From Camelus dromedarius (Eukaryota): a stretch of 64,000 bases of DNA. Shown here piece by piece: positions 40,944-53,789 of the stretch. Numbering within the stretch: the first letter of the stretch is position 1; each line of letters opens with the position of its first letter. The stretch covers positions 18,292,001-18,356,000 of the forward strand of contig NC_087436.1 in NCBI RefSeq assembly GCF_036321535.1, in the 5' to 3' direction. The notes under the pieces were generated by a model. It had not been told where the DNA came from. It did no database searches and was given only the letters and a program-made list of their open reading frames with translations. A program made the position numbers and the translations under genes.

Positions 40944-41586
40944 ACAGACCCAGCAATCCCACTCAGAGGTATTTATCCAAGAAAAATGAAAACATGTGTC
41001 CACAAAACCTTGTATACAACTGCTCAATACAACTTTATCTACAAAGGCTAAACATGTTTTGATGATCCACACTCCAATGTCCTTTAGCATGCATTTTCAC
41101 GAATAAATTCAGGATAAATTTATATGAATGTTAAGTTCAGATTTTCCTTTAAATATTAGAATTAATATAAAATATGGCTTTCAGTATGCCACTATCAACA
41201 ACACTATCCTTGGGGTAAAATCTTGTGTTCTATGAAAAACACAGACGCCTATGTACAAGAAATGCTATTTCTAATTCTACCCCTTTCATTTTCTACCAAT
41301 TGCGTCTAAATTCTTTAAAAAAATTACTTCCTTTCCTCTTCTCTCTACACTGGAATCTTAGCAAAATTCTTGAATGACGCGCCACACTTGAAAGGATAAA
41401 GCCAGACAGAGCCTGTCGCACTGTGGTTTTAATCATCCCCTGCACTACAACAAATTATGCTGCTGTTACACTTCTTTAAATTGAAATGTACACCAGGTAT
41501 ACATCCATGCACACATGCAACAGAAGCCAGTACAATTCCATTTCATTCCACAAACTGTTGGAGTTGTCTTTTCAAATGCTTTAAAG

Positions 41587-41770
41587 CAGGGCTTCTCAAC
41601 AGCAACCCTACTGAGTGAGAGGTTGGACCAGATGATACTTTGCTATGTAGAGCTGTCCTATCCTGGGCAGTCCTGCTCTGTGCAGCATGTCTGGCCTCCA
41701 TCCACTAGATGGCAGTAGAAACAGCCTGCAGCTCAACTGTGACAGAAAATCACTCACTGTTAAGAAACTT
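41587..41770 (+). mobile_element. MER20 hAT-Charlie MITE
   Basis: cagggcttctcaac...ttggaccagatgatactttg...tggcctccatccactagatggcagtag...tgtgaca. Confidence 0.75.
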
Positions 41771-43183
41771 TGACTTTAAGGATTATCTCAACATGTTTTC
41801 TAAAGATTTGATTCCTTCTGCCTTGCCCTTCCTCAAAGTTGCCAAACTGTTACCAAATCCTCAAGATTAAATTTAACAATCCATGTTTCTAGTACAACCT
41901 TTCCCAGCCAGCCCTACTCTCTCCTGCTTCTCATCTCCCAAAGCACCTTAGATCTCTGAACGGTTGTTTGTTTCCAAATACTCATAGCCTGTCAATTCCC
42001 TTAAGGTCAAGCCTTTTGGTCCCTGGCTCACTCTTGTTTCCTCTGGCAAACACAGTCCATGACAGTTTAGATGCCTGAATGGCATACATCATAAAATACC
42101 TACAAATCTTGCTACAGCTAATGTGCTGCAGAAAATGTTATTATTTTTCAATCCAATTGCATGGGCTTCTGGAAGCAATATGTTCTTAATTCACTCTTTT
42201 TAAAGTAACAGAGTACATTACCATGCACATAGATATTACATAACGTAATCGGTATAAATGCATTCTAAAATGCATAATGCTCCAGACACACAGGTGATTC
42301 CACTGTCCCATCGCCACCACAAAAATATAAATGGGTGAATTAGAAAAAGAAGTATCCTTTCAAGTGCAATACACTAGAAACCAGGCAAAATCAAGCCAAA
42401 TATAATATTCGAAATGTCTGACTAATGAAAGCAAAACGGGAAGCACTTTCTCTAAGCAGTGCCTGAATGCGATGTGTGGGAGAACTTCATGGAATGGTAA
42501 TTATTTATCAAGCAAGCGTGTGGGGGTCACAGCACAATGCGGCATGTGGCAAGCATGCCAATGAAGCAAAAAGCATGTTATATAACAAAACTGTTGAGGT
42601 GGGGGAAGGGGGATGATACTTCACCCTTCAGGGAGGAGAGCTGCGTCTGCTGAGGGACTACAGCTTGCCACAGGAAAAATAACTATGCCAAGTGCTTTCT
42701 TCTCCAACCCAGAATGAGTGACATGATCACTTCACAGCCCGTGGTATGTGAAATATGGCTGGCATGAAGCAGTCAATGTTTACAGGCATTTAAAAGCCTT
42801 ATTTTAGTGATAGTATTTATTTGCAGCTGTGTTCCTTTTTTTTTTTAAAGCTTTATTGAGATAATTCACACCGTAACATTTACCTAGAGTGGACAGTTCA
42901 ATGGCTTTTAATATAGTCACAGAGTCGTACAACCATCACTAAAATCAATTTTAGAATGTTTTCATTACCCCTTTAAAAAAAAAAAAAAAACCATACCCAT
43001 GAGCCATTACTCTTTATTTCCCTCCAAACCCCCAGCCCTGGGCAACCACTAATCTGCTTTCTGTCTACATAGATTTGCCTGTTCTGGATGTTTCATATAA
43101 ATGGAATCAAACAACATGTAGTCTTTTGGGACTGGCTTATTTCACTCAGCAGACTGTTTGCAAGGTTCCTCCACACTGAAGCG

Positions 43184-44579
43184 TGTTGCGTTGTGGTTTG
43201 ATATAATTTCGGATCTTCTTGTTTATGACAACAGTGAAGCTGTTGTTAAGAGTGAAGCTGTTCTCCAGAACAAAGTTATAGCTTTGATATAAAAGGGAAC
43301 TCATGAGTCAGGAGGTCATCACCCACAGCTGGAGTTGCTGGAAGCACTCAGGAAGTAGCTCAGCTAGTGAAGGGCACCGCTGGGGGCTTACCCATAAGAA
43401 CATGTGAAGAAGCAGCTGTGGAAAGGGGGCATTTACACTATGAATACACAACATTTGTGACGGCTGTCCGCCTGAGTTCGGTCTGGGCAAGGCTACCCTC
43501 TGCTGATCTAAATGTTAGGCAGTTAGATAGAAATGAGGACTGGGCAAGAGGAAAGGAGGGGGAAGGGAGCAACTGAGAAAATAACAGTATGTCTGCACTC
43601 AGGATAAGGGGCTCCAAAAATTTTTACTTTCTCTAAATGACGGCCAGCAAAGAAGCCGGCTAGAATCGAACTGCGGCTGCACAGTAGAGAGAAGGACCCG
43701 GCTTCACTTGGCCCAATGCTCATTATAATGTAATTAACATTGCAGTGTGAGCCCCTTCTTGTAGGTTTCTCTGTGTGTGTCACGGGTAAGAGTGTGCACA
43801 AAAGAGACCGGCGTGCCTGAGCACAGGGAAGATGAGCCGTCAATCAATCAATCATAAAAAAAAAAAAAAAAATCCTCTAAGCCAGGATATAAGGAGAAAC
43901 AAAGGAGCGGCACCATTTTTTTCCTCTCTGGGATGGCCCGCCCCCAAGTCTTGGGAGTGTACTATATTTTACTACCTTTTCACTTTTGATAAGATCTTCT
44001 GTTTATATCATGCTTTCTTGTGTCTTATTAAAAATTCATTTTGGGGGGGTGACAAAGAACCAAGGTATCTTTTTTCCCCTCCTCCAGGTAACATAAATAG
44101 CTCTCTGGAGACCTTGGGGCATTAGCTCTTGCTGTGGTGAAGGTCACTCTGACCAGCAGTGGCAAAAGCCATGCAGCAGCCCCAGGAAGATCTTGTCCAT
44201 CAACACGGGTGCCTTTGTTCCCTACCAACATGCTCTATGAACTGGGGACTTGCCACGCCTGTTCTCAGTCGGCCAAGCTGTCTCTCCCAAGGACCAACTG
44301 GTAGAAAGATACACCTCAACTAAATATGGACTCTATTCCCTTCACCTTTTGCCTGAATCAATAGTTTAATTAACCTATCACTGGTTTGGAGTATATTATT
44401 TCTTTATTAGCTTATTAAGAGACATTATGTAGGCTATTAGAGACAGTATGTACTAAGAAACATGATGCATCCTGTACGCTGTTGTCTTGTGAAATTATTG
44501 TAATTCCCACAGTGAACCAGTGGTAAATAAAATATTGGCAAAGACAGTCTCTGAATATAAGCTGCTTCAAAATGAAACA
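43184..44579 (+). mobile_element. Unclassified ~0.8 kb insert (probable LTR; retrocopy not excluded), split by the 43513 LTR
   Basis: Non-L1 sequence inside the L1MB; TGTT...AACA ends; repeated agtgaagctgtt; AATAAA ~50 bp from the 3' end. Confidence 0.5.
43513..44093 (+). mobile_element. ERV1-class solo LTR
   Basis: TGTTAGG...GGTAACA termini (tgtta/taaca inverted), exact 4-bp TSD taaa (43509-43512 / 44094-44097), TATA-like gatataag near 43887. Confidence 0.82.
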
Positions 44580-45339
44580 GCACATATTAGCTCTTCATTT
44601 CTGTTTATTGCCAAATCACAGTTGATCATATGGGTGTACCACATTTTATCTATCCATTCATCAGCTGATGGATATCTGGCTTGTTTCTACTTTTTGGTAA
44701 TTATGTATAATGCTTCTATGAACATTCTTGTGCAAGTTTTCAGGTAGACGTAGGTTTATTTCTCTTGTTTATATAGCTAGGGGTGGAATTTTCTGGGTCA
44801 AGTTGTAACTTTATGTTTAACTTCTTGAAGAGTGACAAACTGTTTCAAAGCAGCTATGCCATTTCAAATTCCCACCATCAATTTCTCCACATCCTCACCA
44901 ATACTGGTTATTATCTGGATTTTTCAATTACAGTCATCTCAGTGAGTATATCTCATTGTGGTTTAGACTGGCATTTTTCCCTAATAGCTAGTGATGTTAA
45001 GCCTCTTTTCACATGCTTATAGCCACCCCATGTATTTTCTTTGAAGAAATGGCTGAATCAGAACTTTTGCCCACGTTTAATTGGTTTGTCTTTTTCTTAT
45101 GGAGTTATGAGTTCTGTATATTTTCTGGATACAAGTCCCTCATCAGACGAATCATTTGCAGGTATTTTCTCCCATTCTGTGGGCTGACTTTTCACTTTTT
45201 TCATGGTGTTCTTAGCACATGTGTTCTTAAACACTACCTCTTAGTTAACCAAGACAGTCGAAGCAATCTTTCAGTGAACTGAGGGAAGGAAAATGACACA
45301 CACACTACATGGCCATTGATAATCAAACCAGTCATGATT

Positions 45340-45790
45340 GGCTAGTTGGAAACCAGCCCCACCCAGATCTTCTCCCCTTCATTCTTGATAATAGATTCCC
45401 CAAGTATCAGAACACTACATGGAGTCTGGAAACAGAAGACAGCAATTTCCTTGCCTCAGCACTTCCTAGCCTCCCTTGCAGCGAGGTATAGCCAATACCT
45501 CCATTTAGGCCAGTGGTACACGAGCAAAAGTAGTGTGTGCTTCCTCTGGAAAGTGTTCCCACAAGAGATAAGGCTATATAATAAATGGGAGCCAGCATCT
45601 TGGACCTCAGGTGACCAGGAAGGTAAACCATGGGGAGGGAGAGTGTCTGACACCAAGACACATATCAACCTTAACCTGACCATCTCTAGGCTTCCTCAGA
45701 AAGAAGGGGAAAAAAGATCAACTTTTACCCTGTTTAAGCCATCTGATTTTGAGTTTGTCTGTCACATGCAATCAAACCTGATTTGAATTC
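45340..45790 (+). mobile_element. Old MaLR LTR (MLT1G-K-like)
   Basis: cttcctagcctcccttgcagcgagg...ggccagtgg..gagcaaaagt...ctgtttaagcca...tgtctgtcacatgcaatcaaac. Confidence 0.6.
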
Positions 45791-46894
45791 ATGTGGCAAT
45801 TAAATGAAAGCCCTTGATTGGCACCCACACAGATCAAATGCAAGGCCAGGCTCCATTCTGCAGTTTATTACCTATTGTCACAGCGCTACCTGACTGCATC
45901 TTCAAGACAAGGAATAAAAAATAGCAAAGACTGATGCCACGAGAGAAGACAAAACAACTTTGCTTTAAACATAGGCAATCAACTTTGAAACTGCTCTGTG
46001 AAGGCATGCAATTGGAATTCTGCATAAAGCCCATCAGAAACTCATTGGCAATACCCACATACTCCAAAGTGGGTTTATTTTCTTTAAGCAGAATGCAAAC
46101 ACTGGAGCTCACAGTTCCACAGCATGTACACAAGAAAAACAGTTCACCTGATTGAATCTAATCCTGGCTCTGCCACTTCTAAGCAACAGTCTAATTTCAT
46201 TCAATCCAGTACAGATGTGGTGAATGCCCACCACGTATAAAGCATTGCATTTGGTGTCGCAGTACCAAGTAATACTAAGATGGGGTTCCTACCTCATGGA
46301 ATTCATAATCTGATAGACAAGGAACAAATTACTTATAATTCCCAATAGTCGGCCTGGCCAAGAATCAGGGAAATAGAAAAGAGAAGAGTCTATCTCATTC
46401 AAACTTTTCACTCAATAATGCCTTCAAAACCCCAAAATTAGGATAGATTTTGCTCCAGAAGTGGGAAACCAACAGCAATACACAGTGGCAGGGGCGGTGG
46501 GGGAGAAACCTAAGGGGCCCCACAAACACTTATCCACTTAAACCTGAATAGTTTTTCCCCTGTTTAAAAATAAGGAAATAGACCAAAGACAACAAAAGTC
46601 TGTGATCCAACTGGAAAGTCACATGATCCTGAAGACTCAAGGAGACACAAACATGAAAATTTTCCAAGTTAACCAAAGAGCTTTAGAAAAAGACTTACAA
46701 TAAGCATGTATTGGTTTTTTTTAATGATTTATATATTAGTATTTATAGGATAAGACAATGAACATACCTATATAAAATGTTGGCTCCATAAAGAGTGTTT
46801 TTCCCCCCAAGAATTCTTAGAAAATTTATAAATAACCCAATTATTCTCTCCTACCCCAGCACTGTTTGAAATGCTATCATACATCCCAGAAGCA

Positions 46895-47460
46895 ACTGAG
46901 TTGGCAGCTGGATATAAAAACTTGGAGTTCAGGGAAGAGATCCAAGGTAGATAATAAATTTGGAAGTTACCACCATATGGATGGCACTTAAGAGTCCAGC
47001 AGCTAGATGAGACCACTAGGGTAAGGGAGAGGGGATCCAAAGACTGAGCTCCAGAGAAAGCCAACATCAAGAGGTCTGGGAAGAGAGCAACTGGCAGAGG
47101 AGTCTAAAAACTGAAAAGCTGATGGGGTAGGAGAAAAAGCAGGCAGACGTGATGTTGTTGAGCCAAGAGCAGCAAGTGTATCACAGAGGAGACAGTGACT
47201 GGCCACGTCAGATGCTGCTGCCAGGAAAGAACAGGAGGACTGAGGACTGACTGGATGAGGAAGCACACGAAGACCGTGGTGGCCTTGAGGAAACCACCAC
47301 AGTGCAGAGGGGAAGGCAAGGGCCTGACTGGAGAGAGCTCAGGTGAGAGCAGGAAGGAGGAAATGAGAGGCCTTAGTAGAAGAGCTTTCTGAAGAACTTC
47401 TGCTGTTTATGAAAAAAGAGAAGTGGGCCATAGACAAAAGGGAAGACTGGTCAAGACAGG
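46895..47460 (-). mobile_element. L2 LINE fragment
   Basis: ggatata...tggagttcagggaagagatcca..gtagataataaatttggaagt...tagatgagaccac...gtcagatgctgctg is typical antisense L2. Confidence 0.75.
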
Positions 47461-49417
47461 GTCTTTTCATTGGTGATGGTGGTGGTGGTTATCGTGTCAC
47501 AATATATATGTAATTAAATCATCACGTTGTAAACCTTCAAAAAAAAATCAAATTGTACAACTTAAACACTTGTTAAATTTGTCAAAATAAAAATAAAAGA
47601 CAAAAGAGTAACTTTCATAAGTATGAAATTTACACCAAGGAAGGAAAGAAATGAGGGTGTGAGGGGCTGAGGAACAGTAGGATCAGCTGATCAAAGGCCT
47701 CGGTGGGGAAGCCAAGGATACTCACTAGAAAAGAGCAATAAGCAGCAAAGGAGAGAAGGCGGTGTCAGAAGAAAGCTTTGCAAACTAGATGACGGAGGGG
47801 GTGCAGCCCTTGTGATGACAGAATCTAAGCAGCGGGCAGGAGAGGGGACGGCTGAGGGAAGGCCAAGAACCAGATGACTGAAGCAGAGGGGCCCAAGAAA
47901 GCAGCGAAGTGCTCAAAGGGTCATCTGAAGTGATGCCAAAATTACCAAGAAAACAGTAAAAGGAAGAAGAGACCTGGAGACATACCCTAGAGCGAACTGA
48001 AGGTTCTAAAAGCAGCTCCAAACACAGAAAAGGGTAAGAAAAATAGAAATTGGAGAGATAGAGACTTGGAGGGTGAAATCACGCAATCGGACAGAGAAAA
48101 ACCAACAAGACAACGGTGGGAAATAACACTTAAGGAGCAAGGGCTGAAAATGAAAAGGTCCAAAAACTCAGGGGAGAAGCAGCATGGTGCCCTGTGGAGG
48201 AAGGCAAGCGCCAAGTCCGATGTTGCTAAAGCTGCCAAGTGCTGCGCCGTTTCCCGCTGAGTGGCCCACAGCAATCTAAGTCAACAGGACCACAGCTGAA
48301 GTCACCATCTTCCTCAACCCTCCTCTGTGCTGCATCTTGGTAAATGGCACCAGCTAGTTGCTCAAGCCAGAAACCTTCCCCTTCTCCTCCCTATACTCCA
48401 ACATTCAATTTCCCTCTAAAAGTTTCTCCCAAAGAGATCCCCTGGCCTCCATTCCTGCTATGACCACACCAACCCACATCCCTTCCATCCAATCCTGCCA
48501 TCTCTAAACTTCCTTTGCTCTGCCAGAGTGAGAGTTTAAAATGTATCACTCGCTGCCCTCCTTAAAACCATTTAATGGATTAAACTCAAAACCCTCAAGG
48601 TCAGGCCCTTGCCCCCATCTCAGGCCTCATCTCCCATCCTCCCTGGCTCTTTGCTCTAGTGATGCTGGGTTTCCCTGGGGACCAGAAACGGGCCACGCTG
48701 TCTCTTGCCACCAGAACTTTACATATGCTACTCACTCTGCCTGGAATGTATATCTCAGTCCCAGCAGACTCCAAATAAAACTTCAGTCATCAATTCAGAC
48801 ATCAGATCCTCTGTGTGCCTTTCTTGAATCATCTAGCCTAGATGAGCCGTCCCCCCGCACCCAGGTCCCGGAAAGTGGCTTTGGGTATCAATGGAAGTAA
48901 AGCAGAGATTTCTGTAAGAAGAAGGAAGTTGAGAGGGTGGGGATCCAGGCCCCCTCCCCTGCTTTAATAAGGGAACTCTGTTCTTCTGTTTTCTATACGC
49001 ATAAATGTAAATTTTTTATTTGAAAATAAAGTTTTCTTCCCAGGTGGTTTGCAAACAAGTAGACTAGAGCACCTCTAAGGTCTCCCCAAGTTCTCAGAGT
49101 CTCCTTACAAGTTATGATCACGATGAAAACAACTCCGTAGTAATTTGTCGGCAACCTCTGTGAGGGCGGAAAATAGTTTTAATCATATTAAGGATCCCAG
49201 TTGAGGAAGAGCGTTTTGCATGATCAAGGTCTCAGAAAAAGTATAGAGTTAGGCAAGAAATAATACAAATTGTGTTAAAATAATATACAGAACTACAGAA
49301 GTACCTTTTCAAAACGAAGCAGGTTAACTGACACATTTTCTAACAGACATCACTGCTGACTCACGACTGTCAGTTACTTGGGAAGCAACACACTGTCACG
49401 GTTATACTCTGACGCCC

Positions 49418-49660
49418 ACAGCACAGGGGCTAAGAGTCTGGGCTCCAGAGGCAGAATGCACGAGTTCCAATCCTAGCCCTTCCACTTCTAACTATGTGGC
49501 CTTGGGAGAGTCACTTAAGTTCTCTCTGCCCTGGTTTCCCATCATAAAATAAGAAGGATAATATCTGCCTGATGGAGTTGGGGTGAGGATGAAATAAGAC
49601 AGAGCCCAGAAGAATTCAGAACGCTGTCTGGCATTTAGACAAAATTCAGTAAGTGCTTAC
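49418..49660 (+). mobile_element. MIR SINE, near full length
   Basis: ggctaagagtctgggctccagaggcaga...gagttccaatcctagcccttccacttctaactatgtggccttgggagagtcacttaa. Confidence 0.85.
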
Positions 49661-49687
49661 TGTGGGTGTATGTCCACATATTTATGC

Positions 49688-49990
49688 TCAAGCTGTATCA
49701 CACAGCCTGGATCTCTTCTTGAAGTTTTTGAACCAGTCCATACCGGCTTGACATGTAATCTCTTTCACTATGACATTCTCTTGCATTTTTTTCTCAGTCT
49801 TGGCAAAATGCCCGCCAACCACCTGCCCTTTCCATGGCAGTGCCGTATTTACCATAGTGCATAAGCACATAGTTTTATGTACCTGGTCTTCAACCCATAT
49901 ATTGGAAAGCAAAGCACAGATCTTCCTGCTCTGCACTAACGCCACAGACTCGGTTATATCATCTGAGGGAAGAGGAGGCATTAATTATTT
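49688..49990 (-). mobile_element. Tigger/pogo transposase remnant (CENP-B-type HTH region)
   Basis: Track ORF 49688..49981 contains LLSNIWVEDQ and AGMDWFKNFKKRSRL, matching the Tigger motifs L..WIEDQ and AS.GWF.RFK.RS.L. Confidence 0.72.
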
Positions 49991-50766
49991 TTATGTTCTT
50001 GGGTCCTCACCTGAAATGAACCTGTGTTGAAAAAAACCTCATCCTGTAAATTTTATTTTACAAATATGAAACAGTGTTATCTAAAGACCATAGGTGCCAA
50101 AACCAGGGCTGGCAAGGAGCCTCCATAATGTCGGCCACTGAAAAAGAAATATTCTACCACGTTGTCCTCAGTGCTTGCAGAAATAAATCCCAGACAAGTA
50201 GTAACACTGACCAACGAGCTTTGTTCTTCTTTCTTTTTTTAACTTCCTTCTCTCTGGCAAGGATTCTTTTCTAACTAAATAACTGCAAGTCAGACAACGG
50301 GAAAAAGATAACCAGTCTTGAATAAACAGAGTTTTGCCTCTGACTCTCCATCACACACAGAGTATATATATGGAAACCCTCCCCCGCAAAAATGAATACG
50401 TTTCTGTATTGACAGCCACGACCACCTCTTTTTAGCTTTGTCGCTGTTTCCTTACTTTCACTCATTATTCTTTCAGTGCCACAGATCAGGCTTAGATCAG
50501 CAATGAAATGCGCCAAGGTTATTTTTTAAGTGACAACACGTGTTAAAATGACTCCACACTTCAGCCAAGACTAAGCTATCACTTCTCAGCTAAATACAGC
50601 GACCAAGACTCAACAGCTCACAGTGAAAACACAGCCTGGAAACGCACTAAGATCACATTCTTCCAGGCCATCGAAACCTCAGTTGCAATTAACTATTATA
50701 TATTTTTTAAATCATTTTTTTAAAAATGATTCTTTTCATCAAGTCCAATAAATTCCAGCAACTTAC

Positions 50767-50861
50767 CGGTCAGCAGCTTCTACATCGAAACAAAACCTTC
50801 TGTCAATGGAGTCAGTATGCCTTTTGGTACATTCTTTCAGAAAGAACACCTCTCCATCCCC
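50767..50861 (-). CDS. ARHGAP10: ARHGAP10 coding exon (~exon 10), PH domain; GDGEVFFLKECTKRHTDSIDRRFCFDVEAAD(R)
   Basis: 95 nt, phase 0-2, ..ttgcag / gtaagt; DRRFCF PH motif. Confidence 0.96.
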
Positions 50862-52153
50862 CTGCAAATAAGCATTTGAAACATTCTCAGCAACTACAGG
50901 ATCAACATACACAGAGTAAAACACCCTATATGGGGGGTGGGGGGGGCCAAGGTTGAGGTTTTATCCTACCCTCCTTCAAACCCGTTTATTTAATCACTAA
51001 TTAGAATCTTCACCATTTTTGTCATTCTCCTTTCCTTCAGGTTTTCTAGATCCTGCTTTGATTACAATAACATTAAACCAGACCTCAGGAGTGTTCATTT
51101 TAAAAGGTGGATTCACAATACAGTTTCCACATGTCTAATATGTGTTATTCTCTTATTGTACTCTTGTTAAAAGAATAATTTGATTCTATTTCATACACAT
51201 TATACCACACGAAACAGTCAACGTGTATGACGTAGTCAATGTGTGACCACTCCTGACCTAGGAAAAATATCAATTCCATATGAATCTTCCTAAAAATGCA
51301 CCAAGGACCCTGGATCAGCCACTGCAATCATCTAGCTAGAACCATTCAATCTATGTGGATTCGCTCTTCCCTGAGTGAAACACCCTGAATTTATCTTCAC
51401 TAAATTTTTGTTTAAATATGGTACTATTTTACTTCACTAAACCATCCTTTCTCTAAGAGCATTAAAAAGACATAGACAGGAGATAGAAGCAATGCAGAAA
51501 CAGGTTCTCAGTTAAGAACTATAAGAAGTCTGAGTAAACACTTCTAGAATATTTTTATATTTTCTGGATGTGAAGATCTCTAATATTAAACAGTCAGACA
51601 TTAAAATGTTCAAAATAACATACTCATTAGATTTTTTAATGTATTTTTTATCATTTGGTGCCCAAAATAGAAAGACATGACTAAGCAGTCACGTCTTGGG
51701 ACTTGAGTTCATTCACAGTTGCACCTCATGCTCAGTCTTACCCCTACCACCCTCCAAGAGTGACCTCCTCACTTCCTCCTCTTTGTCATGGTCCTGAAGT
51801 TCCATGTCTGTTTCATTATCACAAAAATGCACTTGTATTACAAGCTGCTTTAGGTATTTTTCGGGAAGATGTAAAGCACAGATAAACAGAAGTGAACTTG
51901 GGTTAATTCTGTTTTCACATAAGCAAAATTATGCCCATCCACCCAGCAAGCAATGAACTAGCCTTCTTAAAATCTGCTAAGTTAGGTTCAGCACTGGTGG
52001 GAAGAGCTTTGTTCTGACTATTACTGCTGCAATGAGCGGCAGCTTCCGCTTAAAACACATGCAGACGGCCCCTTTCCTCCCCAGCCAGCTCCGGGGTCTC
52101 CCCGCTCCTTTACAGGAGGAGCAAGTAAATGGGGAGCACGCGCGAATACTCAC

Positions 52154-52260
52154 AAGCTTCCCCCCAGACCTGTGCTCGAACGGGATGATGTTGAACTTCT
52201 TGGCTGCTTTCCGATACATGCAGTAGTGCTTGACCCAGCTGGAACCGAAGGGGGGCGGCC
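52154..52260 (-). CDS. ARHGAP10: ARHGAP10 coding exon (~exon 9), PH domain; (R)PPPFGSSWVKHYCMYRKAAKKFNIIPFEHRSGGKL
   Basis: 107 nt, phase 1-0, ..ttgaag / gtgagt; visible inside track ORF 51977..52306. Confidence 0.96.
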
Positions 52261-52506
52261 CTTCAACAAGAAACAGAACTTGCCGTTTTTGCTCATAAAT
52301 AAGCACTCAATGCAGAGCCCCAAACACATCACTAAAGAGGGAAACCCCAAGAAGCAGCACCTAACAAAGCTCAAGGAAACAAAGCAGCAACACGGAGGGT
52401 CCTCAGGCAAGGGCAAAGCCAGGGGAAATGATAAGGCTCGTAGGGGTAGTTTGCAGAAAGGTCCTAACAGCTTTCAGCAACACAGAAGTAATTTAAACAC
52501 ATACTG

Positions 52507-52654
52507 TTTTTTCTTTTTTCTTTTTTTTTTTTTTTTTTTGCGGGGGAGGGAGGTGATTAGGTTTGTTTATTTATTTAATGGAGGTACTGGGGACTGAACC
52601 CAGGACCCTGCGCATGCTAAGCACATGCTCTACCACTTAAACTATATCTTCCCC
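52507..52654 (-). mobile_element. Vic-1-type SINE with long T tail
   Basis: Reverse complement: ggggaagatatagtttaagtggtagagcatgtgcttagcatgcgcagggtcctgggttcagtccccagtacctcc. Confidence 0.88.
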
Positions 52655-53789
52655 TAAAGACACTTTTCAAAGAGTTTGCTAGACGATGATCTCATACCTG
52701 AAAATCTCTTCATCGTAAACTCTATTTCTTGTGTGTGTCTATGTATGAAGAACTCATGAGGGTTTCAAGAATTCCACTGAATTTATGTGATGGTTTTGGA
52801 TTCAATGCTGGCCTCTCAAAATGACACAACTGTAGAATCACACGCTGCAAAGCATCTAGTCTAGAAATCCATCAAGCACTGTAAGCCCACCATGGTACTT
52901 CATAAGCAGCTCACTGACTAATAACGGTAAAGCTAAGCTTTAAAATGAAGTGTGAAGGATCTAGGGGTAAGCTGACCACGTGTGCACCAGAACATTCTCG
53001 GAACCATTTTTAACCTCTTGCTAAGTCAGTATTACAACCATCAGAGCTCTTCAAAGACGATGGGCTAAGTCGGGGGAGCTAGCATCTAGAACTTCAAAGA
53101 GCCAGTGACGTTCCCATCATAACAAAACAAAAGTTAGCCCCAACACAGTTTGATAATCTTTTCTTTTACCAAGTAAAGACATCCAATTTTTTTAAAAAGC
53201 AATTAATACCTATTATCACCATCATTTCACCTACAAACAAATAAACCCCTTATACCTAAAAATCTAGAAGGACAAACTTAGGAGAGGAAAAGGAGTCATG
53301 TGAAAGAAATGCATTTAGCTTTAGGAAGAATGAATTACATTATCTTGGGGGTGGGGGAGGGGGATGAAAGGGGTTACTGGACCACAATAAATCTCATCTC
53401 AGACCATCATTAGTGCAAAGACCAGAGTTCAGGCAACTCTGGTATGTGTGTGTTATCAATAATAAGCATTTGTATTGAATTTTATGGTTCATAAAAATAC
53501 TAGAGTATTTCATTCAATACCAAGAAAAGTGCCTTGAGGAGGAATACATACATGATTGTCTTTTTAATCTTAAAAAATCTTAAGCTTAGACCAAATGCCT
53601 GAGAAATGAGTCAAACCTCAGAGTCTTTGGCCCCAAATATTAAGGTCCTTCTGCTAATTAAGCTGCCATCCTCTCCTAACACTAACTGACCCTACTCAAC
53701 AAGCCCTGAGCATAGAAATTAATGACTGTTTCTCACACCGCCAAACCTTCAGGCAATACTGTGGGGGAGAATGCAACACGGACTCCAGT

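Larger units (their letters stand above)
35760..41080 (+). mobile_element. Long degenerate L1M (ORF1 + ORF2 remnants), antisense to ARHGAP10, with three nested insertions
   Basis: ORF2-like peptides NENTTHQNLWDASKSSFRRKFIDLNVYI (38333-) and MIISIDTDKHFFKSQHLFVIKT (39171-); A-rich; many stops and frameshifts. Confidence 0.88.
42836..45220 (-). mobile_element. L1MB-type 3' region in two pieces (42836-43183, 44580-45220)
   Basis: gctttattgagataattcaca...caaccatcact..aatcaattttagaat...agatttgcctgttctggatgtttcatataaatggaatca; resumes at tctatccattcatcagctgatgga. Confidence 0.85.

Noticed and set aside
45346..45786. Longest ORF in the track (146 aa)
   Set aside because: Coincides with an MLT1-type LTR; non-ATG start; no protein similarity recognised
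50931..50953. G-runs (also at ~53347 and ~55997) as G-quadruplexes
   Set aside because: Common in mammalian introns, and C-rich on the transcript; nothing suggests function
52261..52310. Intron upstream of exon 9 translates in frame as LIYEQKR, echoing LYVQEKR at the end of exon 8
   Set aside because: Nucleotide similarity is poor and the match is short; canonical splicing already explains the protein
52172..52597. 141-aa plus-strand ORF antisense to exon 9
   Set aside because: Runs into the T-tail of a SINE; shadow ORF with no independent support
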